Positions 36,010 to 49,150 of a DNA stretch of 64,000 nucleotides are shown here, piece by piece. This DNA is from Vicugna vicugna (lineage: Eukaryota). The notes beneath the pieces were generated by a model. It ran no database searches and had not been told where the DNA came from. It saw nothing but the letters and a program-made list of their open reading frames with translations. Where the stretch lies: NCBI GenBank assembly GCA_013265495.1, contig MU058824.1, positions 1,267,111 to 1,331,110 on the forward strand. The letters are read 5' to 3'. The first letter of the stretch is position 1; every line of letters starts with the position of its first letter. The translations under genes were made by a program, and so were the position numbers.

Positions 36010-36849
36010 AAGAATATTCCTACAATGCTCCCTCGTCAATGTGGGGATTTTTTCCCCATTTCTTTCTTTAAAAGTGGATAGGTTTATTTTGTTCTGGTTG
36101 CATGAGATCTACTGTTTAAGTGCCTCAGGGTGTGGGACAAAAGCAGGGACAAAGTAAAGAGTTCCCAGACGTCAGGACAACCGAAGTTTGCATCATCGTC
36201 ATCACCCTTCGTCACTGTGGTTACCATCAGGACCGTCATCATCTGCGTTCCCTGGGCTCTCACTCCGCGTCAGGCTCTGCTCGCTCCCCTGCACATACAT
36301 TAGCTCATTCACTCCTCACAGCAGCTCTGTGAGGGTAGGTCCTATTATCCCCATTCTGCTTCAAAGAAAACTTAGAGAAGTTAGGATTTGCCCAAAGGAA
36401 GTCCATTTGGAGTCCAAAGCCGGAGCATCTGGCTCCAGAGGCTGGGCTGCTAACCATCACCCTTTGGGGGAGAAATAATAGGGCACCATTAGGCTTCCCA
36501 GAAAGGACCCCAGGCTCATAAGCCCGAGTCCTCCCTTTCCCTGGGAGAAGGTGCCGGCTGGTTTGCAGGGACATGCACCCACGTGCAGCCGAGGTGATGA
36601 GACAGGACGGCAGGTCCCATAGAGAGGCAGACAGGAGCCCGGCAGGTGGGACAGTGGATACAAACTGGACTTTGAAAAAGGAATATTTGAAAGCAGGAAT
36701 GTAAAATATTCATTTTGTGTAATATATTTTATTGATTAATGTTGAAGTGATAATCTGGGGAAATACTGGGCTAAATAAAATACATGATTAACATTTTCTA
36801 AGAAAGAAAAACATGAGGAACAGGCATGTGCCTCCCACTACACTTAAGA

Positions 36850-37620
36850 AAGATAGTATCAATTCAGCTCAAGCCCTCACAATCTCCCTAATCCTATCCC
36901 CCTGCCCACACCCCAGAGGCAGCCACTCTGGGGGATCTGGTGTTTTTCAGCCCCATGCGTACCTTTGTGTGTTTACTACATGGGTTTCTAACAGAACACA
37001 GAACAGTGTGCCTGTCTTCTAACTTTATATAATTGTTGGCATGATGCAGGGATTCTGGTACTTTTTTTTTTTCCACTCAACATTGTATTTTTGAGATTCA
37101 CCCCTGTTGAGACATGTGGTTCCCAGTCTCCCATTTTCATAGCAGTATTGTATGTATAAATAAGCCACTATGGATCAGTTCCCTTTTCTGCTGATGGTTC
37201 TGAAAGTGAGGTTTCCATCACTACTACAATCACTACTGCTATAAACTTTCTTATACACACCGCCTTGTGCTTAGCTGTGCAGGTAATTCCACCACCTAGG
37301 GGTAGAATTACTGGATGATACAGGCGCGTGCATCTGCACCTTCACTGAGCGTGGCTAAATTGTTCTCTTAAGCAACTGTGCCATTTTTTTAAAAAACTGA
37401 GATAGAATTGACATATAACACTGTGTAAGTTTAAGGTGTACAAAGTGTTGATTTGATACACTTATATAATTGCAATATGATTACCACCCTAGCATTAGCT
37501 AACACTTATATCACATAATTACCATTTCTTTTTTGATGCAATTATCATCTTAATTATGGTGAAGATGCAAACATGCCATTTTACATGCTCACCAGAAGCG
37601 TGTTCTTGTCAACATTTAGT
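36850..37620 (-). mobile_element. Old L1M fragment containing a nested younger L1 3' end (about 37388-37573)
   Basis: L1 3'UTR motifs (cactcaacattgtatttttgagattcacc); nested insert beginning ttttaaaaaactgagatagaattgacatataacactgtgtaagtttaaggtgtac, flanked by direct repeat tgccatttt. Confidence 0.7.
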
Positions 37621-38479
37621 GGAGGCAGAGAGATAGGATTTGGGGAATGGCCCACGGGGTCTGTCAACTATAGTGATAATGTTTATTTCTTAAACTAGGT
37701 GACATTCAAAAGAAGTGTTCATGGTAGCATTCTTTACAAAAAGCATCATAGAAAATATTTCACAATACTTTAGTGAAAATGATTATCCCAGCCTCAACAA
37801 AGGAACAAATCTGTTCATGTTGAGGTCCCGCTGAGAAGGCGTCGTGGCCATTCGTGGCCCTCAGGGTCACAGCAGCCCGAGAGGCCTCTGCGGTCTAGAC
37901 TCAACCACACTCCCGACTCTCCAACGTGCCGGACACCGCCCCCCTCGTGCTCCTTGCTGTCACAGGTCCTCCTCCATCTACATCAGTTACTTTCCCCTTG
38001 GCCACCCCCCTCACCGCACCCCACCAATTATTTTGCCAGAATAACCCCTTCTTATCCTTCAAGACTCAGGCCAGCCTCGCCTCCCCTGAAGTCCCTTATT
38101 TCACCTCGTGAGCTACATCCTCCTCCCACGGCTGCATCAGACACCCCCTCAGTACATCCTGGGGTCCTCCATCTTCACCCTCGGCACACTGCAGGTCCCT
38201 GTTGGGTCACATGTCTCTCTCCCCCTTGGACCATGAGAACATGGACCAGACCACTCATCTCTGTGTTTCCAATACCCAGCTCAGCGCTGAGGAACAAATG
38301 AAAGAAAAAGTGAACAAATAAATAAAAGAAGTCCAACCTCTTCAGTTTACAGAAGGCAAAACTGAGGTTAAAGAAGGGAAGGCATTTGCCAGATATAAAC
38401 TGATCTGATTCCCAGTCCAAAGCTTTTCCTGTCCAGTTTGCAACTGGCATTAAAACAGAAATTAAAGTATGACAAACTC

Positions 38480-39520
38480 CAGAAGGCAAAAATAGAAAGA
38501 TTGGAAATTTTGGTTAAATGTAACTACACTGAAATTTTTTTAAGTTCTGCACAGCAAAAATAAATCCCCACAGTGTCAAACAGAATCCCAAACTGGACAA
38601 AAATATTTGCTACATTTATCACAGACAACAAACGAGCTACCCTAATATATGAAGCAAACCAATAAGTAGTAGGACAACAACCCAACAGAAAAATGGGCAA
38701 AGAATACAAAATTCTTTCCACAGTAAAAGAAAAAAAAATGGCTCTTAAACATATGAAAAGATACTCGACCTCACTCATAACAAGAGAAATACCAGGTAAG
38801 ACTACAGAGATACCATTTTCCCTCGCAGATTGGCAAAGATCAGAATGGTGGGTAACACTGTTTGATAAGAGCTTGAGGAAACAGGTCATCGCACGCCTTG
38901 CTGGTGGGACCGTAAGTTGGCATAACATCTATGCGAGGGGTCCTCTGACATTATTTATCAAAATTACAAGTGCACTTGTGCCCTTTGACCCAGCAGTTAC
39001 ACTTCTAGGAATTTTTAAAACAGATAAAGGTACATACGTGAAATATAAAGCACTCAAGAAGAATACCCATGGTAGCATTGTTTAAAATGTATCTAAATAT
39101 ATTTAAACCATTCCATCCTGGAAATCCTGGGGAACGGTTAAATAAATAATAATTCTTGCTATATCTGTACAATGAAATATAATGCAGCCTTTAGCAAGAT
39201 ATGATTCCTTAGACACTAATAGGACACAAATGTATTAATCGGAAAACAAACAGGAAAAACAAGGTGCAGAATAGAATTGCTATCAGCTGGAAAGACATAT
39301 ATTACATATATTACATAAATGTAAAAAATGTATTTTAATATATCTATTAGAGTATCTGTAGAAGGAGACAAGAAATTGGGACCAGAGACGGTCTCCAGGG
39401 AAGGGAGCTGGTGGCTGGGGGACAACAGGAGACTTTCTTTTCACTAGATACTCCTTTGTACTTTTTGAATTTTACCCCAAGAACATGGTGTGAAAAATAA
39501 AGACATTTACATATTTTTAA
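38480..39520 (+). mobile_element. Old LINE-1 (L1M-type) fragment, ORF2 3' end and 3'UTR
   Basis: aaaatatttgc...aaatgggcaaaga...aaacatatgaaaagatactcgacctcactcataa...gagataccatttt...ccctttgacccagcagttacacttctagga; ORF 38693..39085 has L1 ORF2-like KHMKRYSTSLITRE. Boundaries approximate. Confidence 0.8.
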
Positions 39521-41079
39521 AGACATTAACTCCTTCCATCCCCTTTTAGAAAGTATAAAACCTTTTCTTCATTTTTCTCCTCACTCAAATATAGTCCATC
39601 TTTATATGAAAAGAAAGAAAAAAAGTGAAAAGAACAGAAATAGAAGTAAAAGGAACCACCCCACTGAGATTTCTTTTCTCCCTTCCAGAGTTTAAAGATA
39701 AAAACAAAACAAAACTGTGAGTACCCTGCTGATAGCTTTGCTTTCTTCTCCATCTCATCTAGTGAAAGCCTTTCCTCCAGCTCCCCCATCTCTCCTACTG
39801 AGATCAGGAGGAGAAGCCCCTTCCTGGTGGGATGCTCCAGGTTGGCAGAATGTGTGGTTCCACAGGGAGTAAATGGCCAGAGCCTCTCCTCCGGGGGCTT
39901 ATTTCTAAGTGGTGTCAAGGGACAGGTAGGGGTTCAGGGAGAAATGGATGGTTAAGGAAAGAGTTCCATGACCAGGAGACCCAGCCAGGAAGCTGCAGAT
40001 GGAGCAGTGCAGCAAGGCTGCATAGAGGGGAGGTGTGAATCTGCCTTGGGGTTGATTTGAAACGACATGTGACCCAGAGCTTGTGCCTCTCCCATGACCC
40101 CCGGGCTGCCCCAGCCCCGCCAGGCACAGGTGGTTGGCAGGCAAGCTGGAGAGTAGGCAAAAGAGTTAGCCTGTGGAGGAGAACTGCCTTGGCGTTGAAC
40201 AAAGCTGGGTTCAGATCCAGCCTTTGCCATTTACCAAGCAAGCAGCTTGTGGGTGGATAATTTACTGGTGATGTGGGAACATCCCACCCATCTCACAGGT
40301 GGGGACCAAATGACATGATGGGTAGAAAATACAAGTGCTTGACAAATGGTAGCAATTCGTCTTTCATTCGATTCAAAGGCACAAGCTTAGCCAAAACCAA
40401 AGTCTGTCAAAAGATCCCTTCCTAATCCTTCCTGCCCGCTGCTGCCTGGGCCTCAGCTGCAAGGGAGGACCAGTGTGTAGCCACCAGGCCTTGCTTCCCC
40501 TGGGTCAACCATAGGAGGGAGCCAAGCCACAATCTAGGAGAAGCCCAATCAGCCCAGCAGTGCTCTCAGCTCCCTCCGTGCCTCCACCGCCACCCTCACT
40601 GTCCACGGCGTGGCGTGGCGTGGCAGGGAGCAACCCCTGGCCTGGAGTGACCCATGCTCAGGGCTGCGCCTGGGCCCGCTGGCTCATTTCCCCTTGGCCT
40701 CAAGCAGGAGGGCCACCTGCTCAGGCGGCCACCAGGGAGAGAAGAGAAGCCATGGAGCCAAGACAAACAGGCTCAGCAACTTGGTCCATAGGCTTGTCCT
40801 GGGACGGCTCTGTGCTGGGTGGGAAAGGGGGGTGGAGATCACAGCTGGTGGGAAGACATCCCACCATCCTGGAGGGGCAAAACTGGATGGGGCAGTGCTA
40901 GTGGGGGTCCAATCACTGAATTCTCTGGCCTCAGGAACCTCGGGACCCTTTGAGGGAGAGGGCTACACTTCTCCAAAGATAATTCTTTTAGGTTCTTTTA
41001 GGACAGTTGACCTCAGTCTTAATCTCTCCCTTCATTAATGCATAGGCATAGCTTCATTTCCAATGGGCGTTCTTCAACC

Positions 41080-41163
41080 TACTTTTCCAATTCATGAATT
41101 TGATAACACTTATGAAGCCCTTACTTTTCCAATTCATGAATTTGATAACACTTATGAAGCCCT
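41080..41163. repeat. Perfect 42-bp tandem duplication
   Basis: tacttttccaattcatgaatttgataacacttatgaagccct at 41080-41121 and 41122-41163. Confidence 0.97.
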
Positions 41164-43874
41164 CACATCATGCCTTGTGTGCCCCTGGGGGTATAAAGCT
41201 GAACCCAGAATGCAGGCTCTCAAGAAGCTCATGATCGAGGTGTCTCAGTTGGTAGTCATCCATTCATGCTACCCACAAGCTCCAAAGCCTTCAATGACTC
41301 CCCAGTGCCCTCAGGATCAAGTCTCCACCCTATACACAGAGCTGCGGCACCACCCCCTCCTTTAAATACCCACATCAAGGCTTGGCATGGAACAGGCACT
41401 TGCCACTGTGGCCTGAGGAAAGGGGACAGACATATGCAACTGGGGTTCACGCTCCTCAAGTCTTTGGTTCAGGCTCCTGAGCACAACTTTGGGGCAGCTC
41501 CTCCCGAGAACACAGGAAGGAGGACTCAGACGGCTTTAGAGATGGACTGGGCAGAGGAAAATCTGAACAGTTACCATGTGGTGTGACTTTCCTCCCAGGG
41601 GTCCAAAGCCAGTTTCCATGGAAACCAAGGCAGAATCCTAGCAATGAAGAAACAAACAGGGCAGGGTCCAGGCTTTCCTTCCACAGAGATGACAGCCACC
41701 TGGCCAAAAGAGGTGAAAACTCAGAATTCTTCCTTCTCCTCCTCTCAGCCAGACTCCAGCATAGCTGGCCTTTCTCCTCTTCAGCCAGGTCTCAGTTTCT
41801 CCTTCTGTGTAATGGGCTAGTTCAGCCCTTCCATCTGTGGGGTCTTGAGGCAGTGCCTGGGGCTACCTTGGGCTATGGAGGCTTGCCTCCTTTGGGAACT
41901 GTATCTGGCTTTGCAAAGCTCCATCTCACAGATGAATATCTGGGACCTGGGCCCAGTGCTCGTGCTTGTTAGCATTTAAAGCCCAAAGAGGCTAAGGAGC
42001 ATTCCTCTGGCTCTAGGTCAAAGAGGGCTGCAGAGAAGCCAGACAGGGAGGCTGAGGACATCCCCGAACATGTGCAGCGGCGGCCCCTGGTGGCGACATG
42101 GAGAACTGCACCTCCATGAAACCCAAGGAAGACTTCCGGGGCGGCAGCTGTGAGGGACACCGCCTGTGCCTGGGGAAACTGGCAGAACTGGGATCCCACC
42201 AACAGACTCAGAGTCAGGTCTGGCAGGGACCCAAGGGAGCAGGTCTGAGGTCACGTGGGGAGCTGTGGACAAGCCAGGAGGAGAACCCAAGTACCTCCCT
42301 CCCATCTTCTGCCCCTTTCCTACAACCGGCTGCCTGGGAAAGCAAAAGGGGTCCCCTCCCCCTCCCATTTCCACCGGCATCTGTGAAGACTAAAGAACAC
42401 TTCAGTCAGCTTAAACGGGGACTCACTGACTCCTTAAAGTTGGTTCACGTTCTCCCACTGGGGGCAGGGCTCAGGGCTCCAGATGATTCCCTGTCGCCAT
42501 GGCCTGGGGCTGGAGCGGAGCCAGCAGGCTGAGGGTGTATAGGTGAAGTGGGGGTAACTGCCCTGGGGTCCCCAGCAGGGCCGCTCTGTCCTGGGTTTCC
42601 CTGCACTCACCCCCTAGGGAGAGAGGAGGTCCCCAATACCTGACTCCTTCTCAGGCCATCTTGCCTGGGAGAGGGACATTCCTGTATCTTCCGAGGACTG
42701 TTCTTTCGCTTCCCTGTGGACACCCTACAGGGAGATGGCCCTGAGGACTCCGGGTGTATTGAAATCAGACTTCCCAGCCCGTGGCCTCCCTTCCTCACGC
42801 TTCCCCAGACAGGAAGCTGGGAGTTCACCAAGCCACAGACTATGCAGAATGAGTGCAGCTCACCATCTGGAGGAGTTTCCTCCATCGCACCCCCTCCTGA
42901 AAGCCCATCTGCTGTGCACCTCCCCTGTCCAGGAGCTCTTTCCTCCGGGCTACCGTGACCTCTGTGGGGCAACTCTCAAGTCTTCTTCCTCCTGGTGAGC
43001 TGAGGCGTGTCTCCCTGTAGCTCCCACCCACCTGGCCGGGCCTAACTCTGCCCTCTGGGACGACACATGAGTCGGCCTGGACTTCCACACCATGGCCTCT
43101 CAGATGCTGCATGAGATAGTAGACGGGACCTGGCCCAGGAAAGCAGACTCTGCCACCAGTGCAGCCTGTGACCTCGGGCAGTCCCCTCTCTGTGAGCCTC
43201 AGTTTCCTCGTCCGTGAAACGAGAGGTTTACATTAGATAGTTTCCAACAGTCCTTGCCAGGTCTGAATGTCTTCAGTTCTGAAGCCTCCTTGTCTCCCAT
43301 CTGTTTTCCAGTTTCTCTAAACACCCTTAGCTGCCGGTTCCTCCAGCCCACAGCCTTCAGGCCTGGAAGAAATGACTCCAGCAGGGACCAGGACAAATCC
43401 AGCCTCCCCCCCCCCCACAACAGACATTCTCATCTTTGGACAGCACAGACTGGCCAGAGGCATGGAGCACTGTGCCCAGGAAAATGTCACAGCTCTGCCT
43501 GTGAGGAAACATTGCCCCACCCAGGCTGGAGTCCCCAGAGGTGCCCGGCTCTACCTGACTCCCTTCCCGAGGAAAACGAACGCAACAGAACTCCCACTGC
43601 AGGGGCTCCGTCCGCACCCAGCAAAGATGAAAGAGGTTCTTAGAAAAACCTACCACCCATTGCATTTCTTAGAAAAAGAACTGTTTCCCTGCCAGCGAAA
43701 AAAATCCTGGATCAACTTAGAAGGGAGACCTGGGCTTGCCAACAATCAAAGACCTCATTTTTCTGAATTACAGAAGAGCATTTTTCTACATGTAAACTTA
43801 GAACGCCTCCTTCCCTTTTCCGGTTTTCATATATAGCATAGGAATTTTCCTGCTCAATGAAGTTACTGTGTGAG

Positions 43875-43879
<5 letters not shown>

Positions 43880-43932
<53 letters not shown>
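43880..43932. repeat. (CT)n microsatellite
   Basis: Uninterrupted CT run. Confidence 0.97.
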
Positions 43933-43937
<5 letters not shown>

Positions 43938-46055
43938 TTTGCTCTCTCAGGCCTCTGGCCTCAGCTGAGAAAAGGATGGTTTTGAAGGGGCCTGGAGGTG
44001 GTCAAAATCCTAGCAAGGAGTGGGCACTGCAGCCTGGCCGCCCTGCCCAGCAGCTGACAGGAGCTGGACCCAGCTGGGAGCTCAGCAGGGAAGTCTGTGC
44101 CCACCCAGCACCCTCTCCAGTTTCCGAAGCATCCTCTCACCTGTTCCCTCCATCAGGGGGAAGGGAGGCAGGGATCATGCTCTCATTTTGCAGAGGAGGG
44201 ACTCAAACCCCAGAGAGGGGAAGTAACTAACCTGAAACCACAGTGCAAGAGCCAGCCTATTACAGCCCACTGCCTCCCGGGCTTCCTCTGACTCTCCCAG
44301 GTGCAGATGCTCACCTCTGTGTCCCCGCAGTCCCCGCCCTTCCCTCCACTCCTACACCTTCATCTCTGTCTTCTGGTGGCTAGCTCCCATCCCTCCCGGA
44401 GATGACTAGACCTGGGCTCCTAGGCATGGACCATGCAGACCCGTCTCTCAGTCCCCGCTACCAGCACAGAGCCTGGTGAGGGTGAATGGATGACATCCTG
44501 TGAATGGATGCCAAGAAACAGTACTGTCTGCGGCTAAGATCTTCTGTGGGCTTGCTGCGTGACCAGCACTACTCAAAGAGCTTTCATTTCATCTTCGCCC
44601 TTGATTCTCCGAGTTAGATTATATTATCTCCATTTTCCAGGTTAGAAACCTGAAGCTTGGAAAAGTTAATTAATGCTCCAAGGCCATGAAGATAAGAAGC
44701 AACTGGAGTCAGGATTCAAATCTGACGAGGTAGAAGAGCATGGTTTGAAGGTTCCAGCCCCAGCCACACTTCAGTCACCCGAGGAGCTTCTAAAAAGACA
44801 CAGGTCCAGCCCTCCTGCCGGGCCCTATGGAATCAGAATCCTCCAGAGCCTGGCCTGGGTGAGTATGATGCCCTCTCCTGGGTTAACCTCCTGGGCTTTG
44901 GTATCAGACAGACCTGGGCTTGAGTCCTGCATCTGCCACTACCTGGGGTGTGATCCTGGACAAGCCGATTCACTTCTCTGAACTGTAGACAAATCTGTCC
45001 AGTGGGACAGCATAGAAGCTGGCTCACAGGGTCACCAAGAGCCTGGATGACACAATCAGGGCCATGTCAGCACAGGGCCCAGCACGTCGGGAGAACTTGG
45101 GACCCAGCATGATTTCTGGCTAACAAGACTGGGGCCAACCTGCGCTGGATACCCTCATAGTCTCTGCTGTTCCCCTCATAGCCACTCTCCAACCATTAGC
45201 CATTTCAGAACCAATAACAGAGTTGGTTAAGAAGGCCCAGAGCCCAGGAACTGAGGAGCTGAGCCTGGAGAGTGGTGTGACTCCCTCATTCTGTGACTGG
45301 GGTCTGCGCCACCCTCTGTGCATGTGCACGTGCGCGCACACACACACACACACACACAACTAACCCCTTGGGCTCGGCAGAATCGGCTTCAGGGCAAGAA
45401 CCACATGTAACCTCAGGTCCTGCTGCTGGGAAGGCCTTCAGACCCCTTCATTCACCCGCTCCCCCAAACCCCTGTTCCAGGAACCAACACAGGGACCACA
45501 GAGCCAACACAGGGACCACAGGCACCAGGTGGCCCAGTAAAGGCTGGCAGGTGTAGGCAGGTGTGTGAGCCGTGGGCATCTGGGAAGAGTCCTGCAGTAA
45601 CTCCTCTCGGGCTATGGCCCTTCCTTTTCCATCTGGGGAACAAAGGCTCTTTGAATGCGATGGAGGCCTGGACTCCCGAGGATGATATCAACCGTGGTGA
45701 GTCATCCCCGTGGCAGCAGCTCTGGAGGACTCGGCCCGGGGCTGTGCGGGAAAACTCCTGGAAAACAGGCCTGGAGGAGAAGGGGCCTGGCCTACCTGGG
45801 GCATGTGAGGGGCCTGGGGAGGAGTAGACGGTCACCTGCTGGAAGTGGGCACCCTGCAGACGCGGCTCCTGAAAACTGCCAGGCTCGGCACAGGAGCAGG
45901 GAGGCAGGCTCAGGGTAGATGTCTGGACCAGCCAGTTCCTAACTGTTCCCCGGGGCCAGGGATGGAAGGAGGGCAGAGAGTGGGTGGAGGAGGCCACGGG
46001 GAAACGCTAAGGAGGAGGCCTGCCCCTCGGACCCCTAATACACACATGGATACAA

Positions 46056-46056
<1 letters not shown>

Positions 46057-46095
<39 letters not shown>

Positions 46096-46320
46096 ATCCA
46101 CAGATTCACACTTGTAAAAGCATACTCATACACTCTCACCAATTCACAACACATCCCCACACACCCAGATACATATATCCAAACACACATTCACACACAC
46201 GCTCGTATACACACACATTCACCCACACTCATGCAACCTGACACTTTCACATACTCACTCACACACACATCCACCCACAATTCATTCATGGACACTCACA
46301 CACTCACACACACTCACCTG
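46057..46320. repeat. (CA)n microsatellite followed by degenerate CA-rich tract
   Basis: Pure CA run at about 46057-46092, then cacact/cacatt variants; a shorter CA run at about 45336-45358. Confidence 0.92.
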
Positions 46321-48327
46321 CCCTGATCCATGTACTCACACCAAAGCAACTCAGACTTAATTTGTTTAATATATTGGTTCCAATTACAGCCTCATTTGAA
46401 AAGGATTCTGCATCTAAAAACCAACCCACCAACATTAAGCCACCCATTAGAAAGCTTTCCAGGTCACAGACGTTGACGTGGGAGCGCTGCCGGGCAGATA
46501 TTTGCCAGGGACCAACAGACAGTCTGCAGCCCACGCTTCCTCTCCAGCTACCGCTCTTCCTCTCTAAGGGCCTGGAGACCTCTGACTGCACTTCCTACAC
46601 ACAGGCTTTCCGTTTCTCTGATGTGGGCATCTTTTCTGTATTTTCTGCCTTGGCAGTAAAACCCTCCTCTCAGAATATCAGACTAGGGTCATGTCTTCAC
46701 ACAGCATCTAACCCCATTAACTCATTCTCTTGGAAGCAATGCTAGAAATGGCTGAGCAATAAATGTGAACTGCCGACCACACAGGTGAGACGGGCGCTTG
46801 GCACAGAGTCTGGCGCTGGTAGGTGCTCGATAAACGTTAGTTTCACGAACGTACGAGGAATGTGGAATGATAGCTCGTGTGTGTTGAGCCCTCGCTGTGT
46901 CCTGGGCACCAAGTACTTTGCCTGCAGAGCAATGGTTTTTACGCTGGCTGCACAGAATCACTGGGGAGATTTTTTAAAAATACTAATGTCCTAGGCCCAC
47001 CCCCAGAGATGCTGATTCACTTAGTCCAGGAGTGGCCTGGGCACCAGGTCCCCGAAGGATGCTGACTCACAGCCCCCAAGTTCTTCACGACAACTCCACT
47101 CTTACTGTTCCCAGTCTACAGATGAGGGAACAGAGGCACAGAGAAGTTAAATAACTTGCCCAAGGGCACACAGCTATCAGGTCACAGAAGTGGCAATTTT
47201 AGACCGTTCTCTGTCTGATGTGAGGAGCTGAGTGTCCCTCTGCTCCCCTCTTCTCCAGGAATGTCCCCTCAACCCAAGGCTGATCCACTCTGGGGAGCAC
47301 ACCGTGACTGGCCCAGCCCTCAGTGACCTGGGGCCCGTCTGCCCCTCTACTCCTATCGCCGTGCTGCTCCTCCCTGCCGCTCTTAGCATCAACACTCAGC
47401 ACCTCCCTATCAGAAATGGGGCTCTGCCACCAGCGAAGGACAGTCTCTCATGGGCTTTATCTTCCAAGCAGATCTGGGAGGGAACTGGGCAGCCACTGCT
47501 CTCATCTTGGCTGACCTGACCTACTTTCCAAACTGGGAGAAGGGTCTCCAAGCAGCACAGTGTGGAAGAGAAAGACTGCCAGCTCAGGCTTCAGACCCTA
47601 GCTCGGCACTTAAAAGCTGTGCAACTTTGGACAACACACTTCACCTCTCTGAGCCTCAGTTTCTACATATGTGACATAGGAACAATGCCACCTGCTTCAG
47701 GGGAGAGTTTTGAGAATAACCTCATATAATGGACGTAAAATACTAAGCAGAGAGCCTAGCCATGCAAACATCAATAAAGCACAATGGTGGTTGATATTGT
47801 GACTATTGTCAATGATATTAGCCTTTTCTGTCTCCCGTGAACAATTGTCTATAATTGCCGAGAAAGGTAGGTGTGGGCAGTTTTCCCGCTGGGTCTCAGT
47901 GTTCTCACCTGCAAAATGGGGTGATACGATGGCCTCCTTCAACTAAGTTGCAGTGAGGGTCAAATGCAGGTCTGAATGTAGGAATGCTTTGCCAAGTGTA
48001 GCCTGCTCAGGTATAAGGAACAACTGACGTGGACAGAGGGGTCCAAACAGGCGTCTGGGGGCTGAGAGTGCTGTTTTCCCCAGATGAGTGAAACTTCAAC
48101 TTGCTGAGCTGCTATACGGCCAACGTTAACTTCTTAAGCAGAATTTCCTGCCCCAGCCCGGGAATGGCTTGAAAACGGCGCTGACAAAGAGAAGGTGGAA
48201 TCTGGAAACGAGTTTGGCACCCCTACTCCATCCCCTCCTAGCCCCAGGGCGAGAAGCTACGGTCAGGCTAACCACAGCTGCAGGAAGAAACATCAACTAA
48301 ACAACGATAACAGTGGTCGATGCTCAC

Positions 48328-48752
48328 TGTAGTGGGTTGAATGATCACCTCGGAAACGACAGGTCGACGTTCTAAACCCTGGAACCTGTGAGTGTGACCG
48401 TATTTGAAAGAAGGGTCTTTTGCAGATGTAATTAAGGATCTTGAGAGGAAGAGATCATCCTGGACGATTCAAGGGGGCCTTAAATCCAATGACAAGTGTC
48501 CATATAAGACACAGGGAAGACCTGACAGGCAGAGGGGGAGACGACGTGATGGTGGGGGCAGAGACTGGAGTGATGCAGCCATGAGTCAAGGAACGCTGAC
48601 AGCTCCCAGGAGCTGGAAGAGGCAAAGAAGGATTCTCCCTTAGAGCCTCCCCAGGGAGGGCAGCCCTGTCGACACCCTGATTTTGGACTTCTGACCTCCA
48701 CAAGTTTACCAGTTTGTGGTCACTCATAACAGCAGGCAAGGAACCTAAAACA
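48328..48752 (+). mobile_element. MLT1-type MaLR solo LTR
   Basis: TG...CA ends; tgtagtgggttgaat...cctggaacctgtgagtgtgacc...gggtctttgcagatgtaattaagg...ggagctggaagaggcaaagaaggattctccc...gacaccctgattttggacttct are MLT1 hallmarks. Confidence 0.85.
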
Positions 48753-48982
48753 TTCATTGCTTCCTGCACGTCAAGTCCTATTCTATGTGCAGTACTCGGA
48801 CTGTGTCATTTAATACTCACAATAATCCAGCGAGAAAGGTGTTCTTATTACCTCTATTTTATACATGAAGAGACAGAGGAGCAGACGGATGACGTCACAT
48901 ACCCAGTAAGTGGCAGGGACCAGATGTAGACACAGACAGCTGGGGTTCATGCTCCATAGCCCATCTACTTAAACATGACACC

Positions 48983-49150
48983 AAGATTCTCAAAGTATGG
49001 TTCCTGGACCAGAAGTAGCAGCAGCCCTACTACACATACAGCCTACTACACATACAAATTCTGCATCAGAAACCATGCAATGGGATTCAGTACCCTGGGC
49101 TTTACTGAGCCCTCCAGGTGACGATGCGCTCTTGAGTCTGAGACCTACTG
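48983..49150. mobile_element. MER5-like hAT-Charlie element (similar copies near 29650-29860, 56225-56350, 58565-58730, 59797-59968)
   Basis: ttctcaaagtatggttcctggaccag...gccctccaggtga...tgagacctactg with imperfect terminal inverted repeats. Confidence 0.65.

Noticed and set aside
45484..45521. Short direct repeats (ccaacacagggaccacag x2; also cctactacacataca x2 at 49026-49056) as array-like or CRISPR-like structure
   Set aside because: Two-copy slippage duplications in a mammalian intron with no spacers.
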